A stretch of DNA of 64,000 bases from Callorhinchus milii. Taxonomy: Eukaryota. Positions 61,381 through 64,000 of this stretch are shown here, piece by piece; the stretch's first letter is position 1, and each line of letters begins with the position of its first letter. The stretch is from positions 54,624,001-54,688,000 of the forward strand of contig NW_024704743.1 in NCBI RefSeq assembly GCF_018977255.1, given 5' to 3'. Made by a program: the position numbers and the translations under genes. The notes below the pieces were generated by a model. That model did no database searches. It was not told the DNA's origin and saw only the letters and a program-made list of their open reading frames with translations.

Positions 61381-64000
61381 CAACAACAACAACAACAACA
61401 AGATTCCATTTATAAAGCGCCTTTCACGTCAGGAGGACGTCCCAAGGCGCTGCACAGTTGGGTCATGACCCGAGCAGGGGGGAAATGGTCAGGGTGAGGG
61501 GAGGGAAGGGAGGGAGCGAGGAGGGGGAAATGGTCAGGGTGAGGGGAGGGAAGGGAGGGAGCGAGGAGGGGAAGAGAGTCGAGAGGGGAGCTGAAGGCTC
61601 GGTCAAAGAGAAAGGTTTTGAGACCGGCCTTGAAGGAGGAAAGGGAGGAAGCAAGGCGAAGGCACTGGGGGATAGAGTTCCAGAGCCTGGGGGCTGAGAG
61701 GCTGAAGGCCCGACCACCGATGGTAGGGCGGTTGGGGCGGGGGACGTGGAGCAGACCGGAGCCAGAGGAACGGAGGGTACGGGCAGGTAGGTAGGGGGAT
61801 AGTAGGTTGGAGAGGTAGGAGGGAGCAAGGCCGTGAATGGCCTTGTAGGTGAGGATGAGGATCTTGAAATCAATCCTCTGGGGGATGGGGAGCCAGTGGA
61901 GGCGAGCGAGGGTGGGAGTGATGTGGTCCCGAAGCCTGGTGCGGGACAGTACACGAGCTGCAGAGTTCTGAATGACCTGCAGCTTGTGGAGGGAGGTGGC
62001 GGGAAGGCCGGCGAGGAGAGAGTTCCCATAGTCCAGCCTTGAGGTGACAAAGGCGTGGACCAGGGTTTCAGCAGCGTGAGGGGTGAGGTAATGCCGTAGT
62101 CTGGCGATGTTCCGGAGGTGATGGAAGGCGGTGCCAGTTGTGGTGCGGATGTGAGGGAGAAAGGACAGCTCAGGGTCGAACAAAACGCCGAGGTTCCTGA
62201 CTGGCTTTGAGAGGTGGAGAGTGCAGCCTTGGATGCTGATGGTGTCAGCGCCTGAGGTGCGGAGGCGCTGACGTGAGCCAATCAGGAGGGCCTCGGTTTT
62301 TCGCACGTTGAGCTGAAGAAAGTTGTCTCTCGTCCAGGACTCGATGTCGGACAGGCAGGCTGTCAGGACATCGGTGGTCGTGGAGTTGAGAGTAGAGGAG
62401 GAAAGGTAGAGTTGGGTGTCATCCGCATACATGTGGAAGTTAACTCCATGTCTGCGGATGATGTCACCAAGGGGGAGCATATAGAGGGTGAAGAGGAGGG
62501 GACCGAGGACAGAGCCCTGAGGGACACCACATGAGACAGTGCGGGGGGTGGAGGAGAAGCCATTCGTCGAGACGAAATGAAGACGGTGAGAAAGGTACGA
62601 CCTAAACCATTCAAGGACAGTGCCTTGAAGGTTGAGGTGGGAGGACAAGCGGTGGAGTAGGATAGCGTGGTCGACCGTATCGAATGCTGCCGATAGGTCG
62701 AGGAGGACGAGGAGACAGAGGGAGCCCTGGTCACAGATGGTCAGGATATCATTGGTGACCTTGACCAGGGCAGTTTCTGTGCTATGGGCAGCACGGAAAC
62801 CTGACTGAAGGGGTTCGAAAAGAGAATGGGTGGAAAGGAAAGAGCGCAGTTGGGAGGCGACAACTCTTTCCAAGACCTTGGAGAGAAAGGGGAGGTTGGA
62901 GATGGGCCGGTAGCTTGATAGCTGCGACGCATCAAGGGAGGGTTTTTTCAGGGTGGGCGTGATGATGGCAGTTTTTAATGGAATGGGGACAGAGCCAGAG
63001 GAGAGGGACAGGTTGATGATGTCAGTGATATGTGGGGCAAGAAAGTGGAGCTGGGAGATAAGGAGTGGAGTGGGGATGGGGTCAAGGGAGCAGGTGGTTG
63101 GTTTTAGGGATAGGATGAGTTCAGTGACAGAGGGTGGGGAAACGGGTACGAAGGTGTGTAGGGGAGGATGGGTAGGAGTCGGAGTGTGGGAGGGAAGGGG
63201 TGGGTGGTGGGTGGAAGTTGGAGGGGAAGTGACCGCGGAGCGGATTCCCTTGATCTTGGATTCAAGGAAATCCAGCATCTCCTCGCAGTGAAGGTTGGAG
63301 GAGATGACCTGCGCGGGGTGGCGGGGGGACGGAGGAGTCGGGTTGTGGTGGAAAACAGTAGCCTGGGGTTGTTCTTCGCCTCCAGGATTATCCTGGAGTA
63401 GAAGGACGACTTGGCCGAGGCTAGAGTGGAGCGGTAAATTTTGAGGAGGTCCAGCCAGATTTGTCGGTGGACCGTTAGGCCAGATTTGACACAGGTGCGT
63501 TCAGCAGCCCGCACCTGGCTTTTCAGTGAGCGGAGGTGGGTGGTGTACCAGGGGGAGGAGCGGGAGTAGGAGACAGTGCGGGAAGTGATGGGGGCAAGAG
63601 TATCGAGTGTGGAGGAGAGGGTATTGTGGAGGAGGGAGAGAGGAGAAGAGGGGTCGGTGAGGGTTGAAGGCCAGAGGGAGAGGAGTTCAGAGGACTCCAA
63701 GGCATCGGTTAGGGATTGTGGGGGTAACTTCTTCCAAGGGCGGTAGAAGATGGTGGTGGGTCTGGTGGAGGTGGGGAGGGGGGTGGAGGTGGTGAAGGAG
63801 ATGAAGTGGTGGTCAGAGATGGCCTTGTCGGTAATAGTGACATCCGAGACACTGAGGCCCCGGGTGATCACCAAATCGAGTGGGTGGCCGTGACTGTGAG
63901 TGGGGGAGTTTATGTGTAAGGAGAGGTTGAGTGAGGAGAGCAGGGAAGAGAAGTCTGTGGAGATGGAGCAGGAGGGGGTGAAGTGTAGGTTAAAGTCGCC
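61381..64000 (-). mobile_element. Young L2-clade LINE, runs off the right edge
   Basis: CpG-rich, long open frames, 3' stem-loop AGCGCCTTGGGACGTCCTCCTGACGTGAAAGGCGCT and (GTT)n tail. Confidence 0.96.
61410..64000 (-). CDS. L2 ORF2: AP endonuclease (C-terminal part) plus reverse transcriptase, one frameshift near 63310-63330
   Basis: From 64000: GDFN..PTH..GHPLDL..SDHH (APE). Then [46 protein letters not shown] (RT). No internal stops apart from the frame change. Confidence 0.92.

Overview
Vertebrate genomic DNA, most likely a cartilaginous fish (inferred from the repeat content; the species cannot be fixed from sequence alone). The only host protein-coding gene I can support is integrin beta-8 (ITGB8) on the minus strand. 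Coding exons 1-9 lie between 31945 and 275, all with GT-AG borders and consistent phases, and the remaining exons lie beyond the left edge. Exon 1 as assembled carries an apparent 1-nt frameshift in a CGG tract and abuts a 1.4-kb (CAGCCC/CTCA/CA) minisatellite. The rest is intronic or intergenic DNA dense in retroelements: a young, nearly intact L2-clade LINE at the right edge, many truncated L2 and CR1 copies, a tRNA-Ala-like CORE-SINE in long and short forms, Deu-domain SINEs with the same 3' tail, small palindromic elements and a probable tyrosine-recombinase (DIRS-like) relic. I found no prokaryotic-type or wholly new multi-gene system. The best leads are a hairpin that masks a cryptic splice donor in ITGB8 intron 4, an unusual Glu in the ITGB8 ligand-binding loop, the exon-1 frameshift and adjacent GTGAGT array, and SINE copies whose 3' stem-loop matches the young L2. 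Comparisons with human proteins and repeat consensuses are from memory, not from a search.
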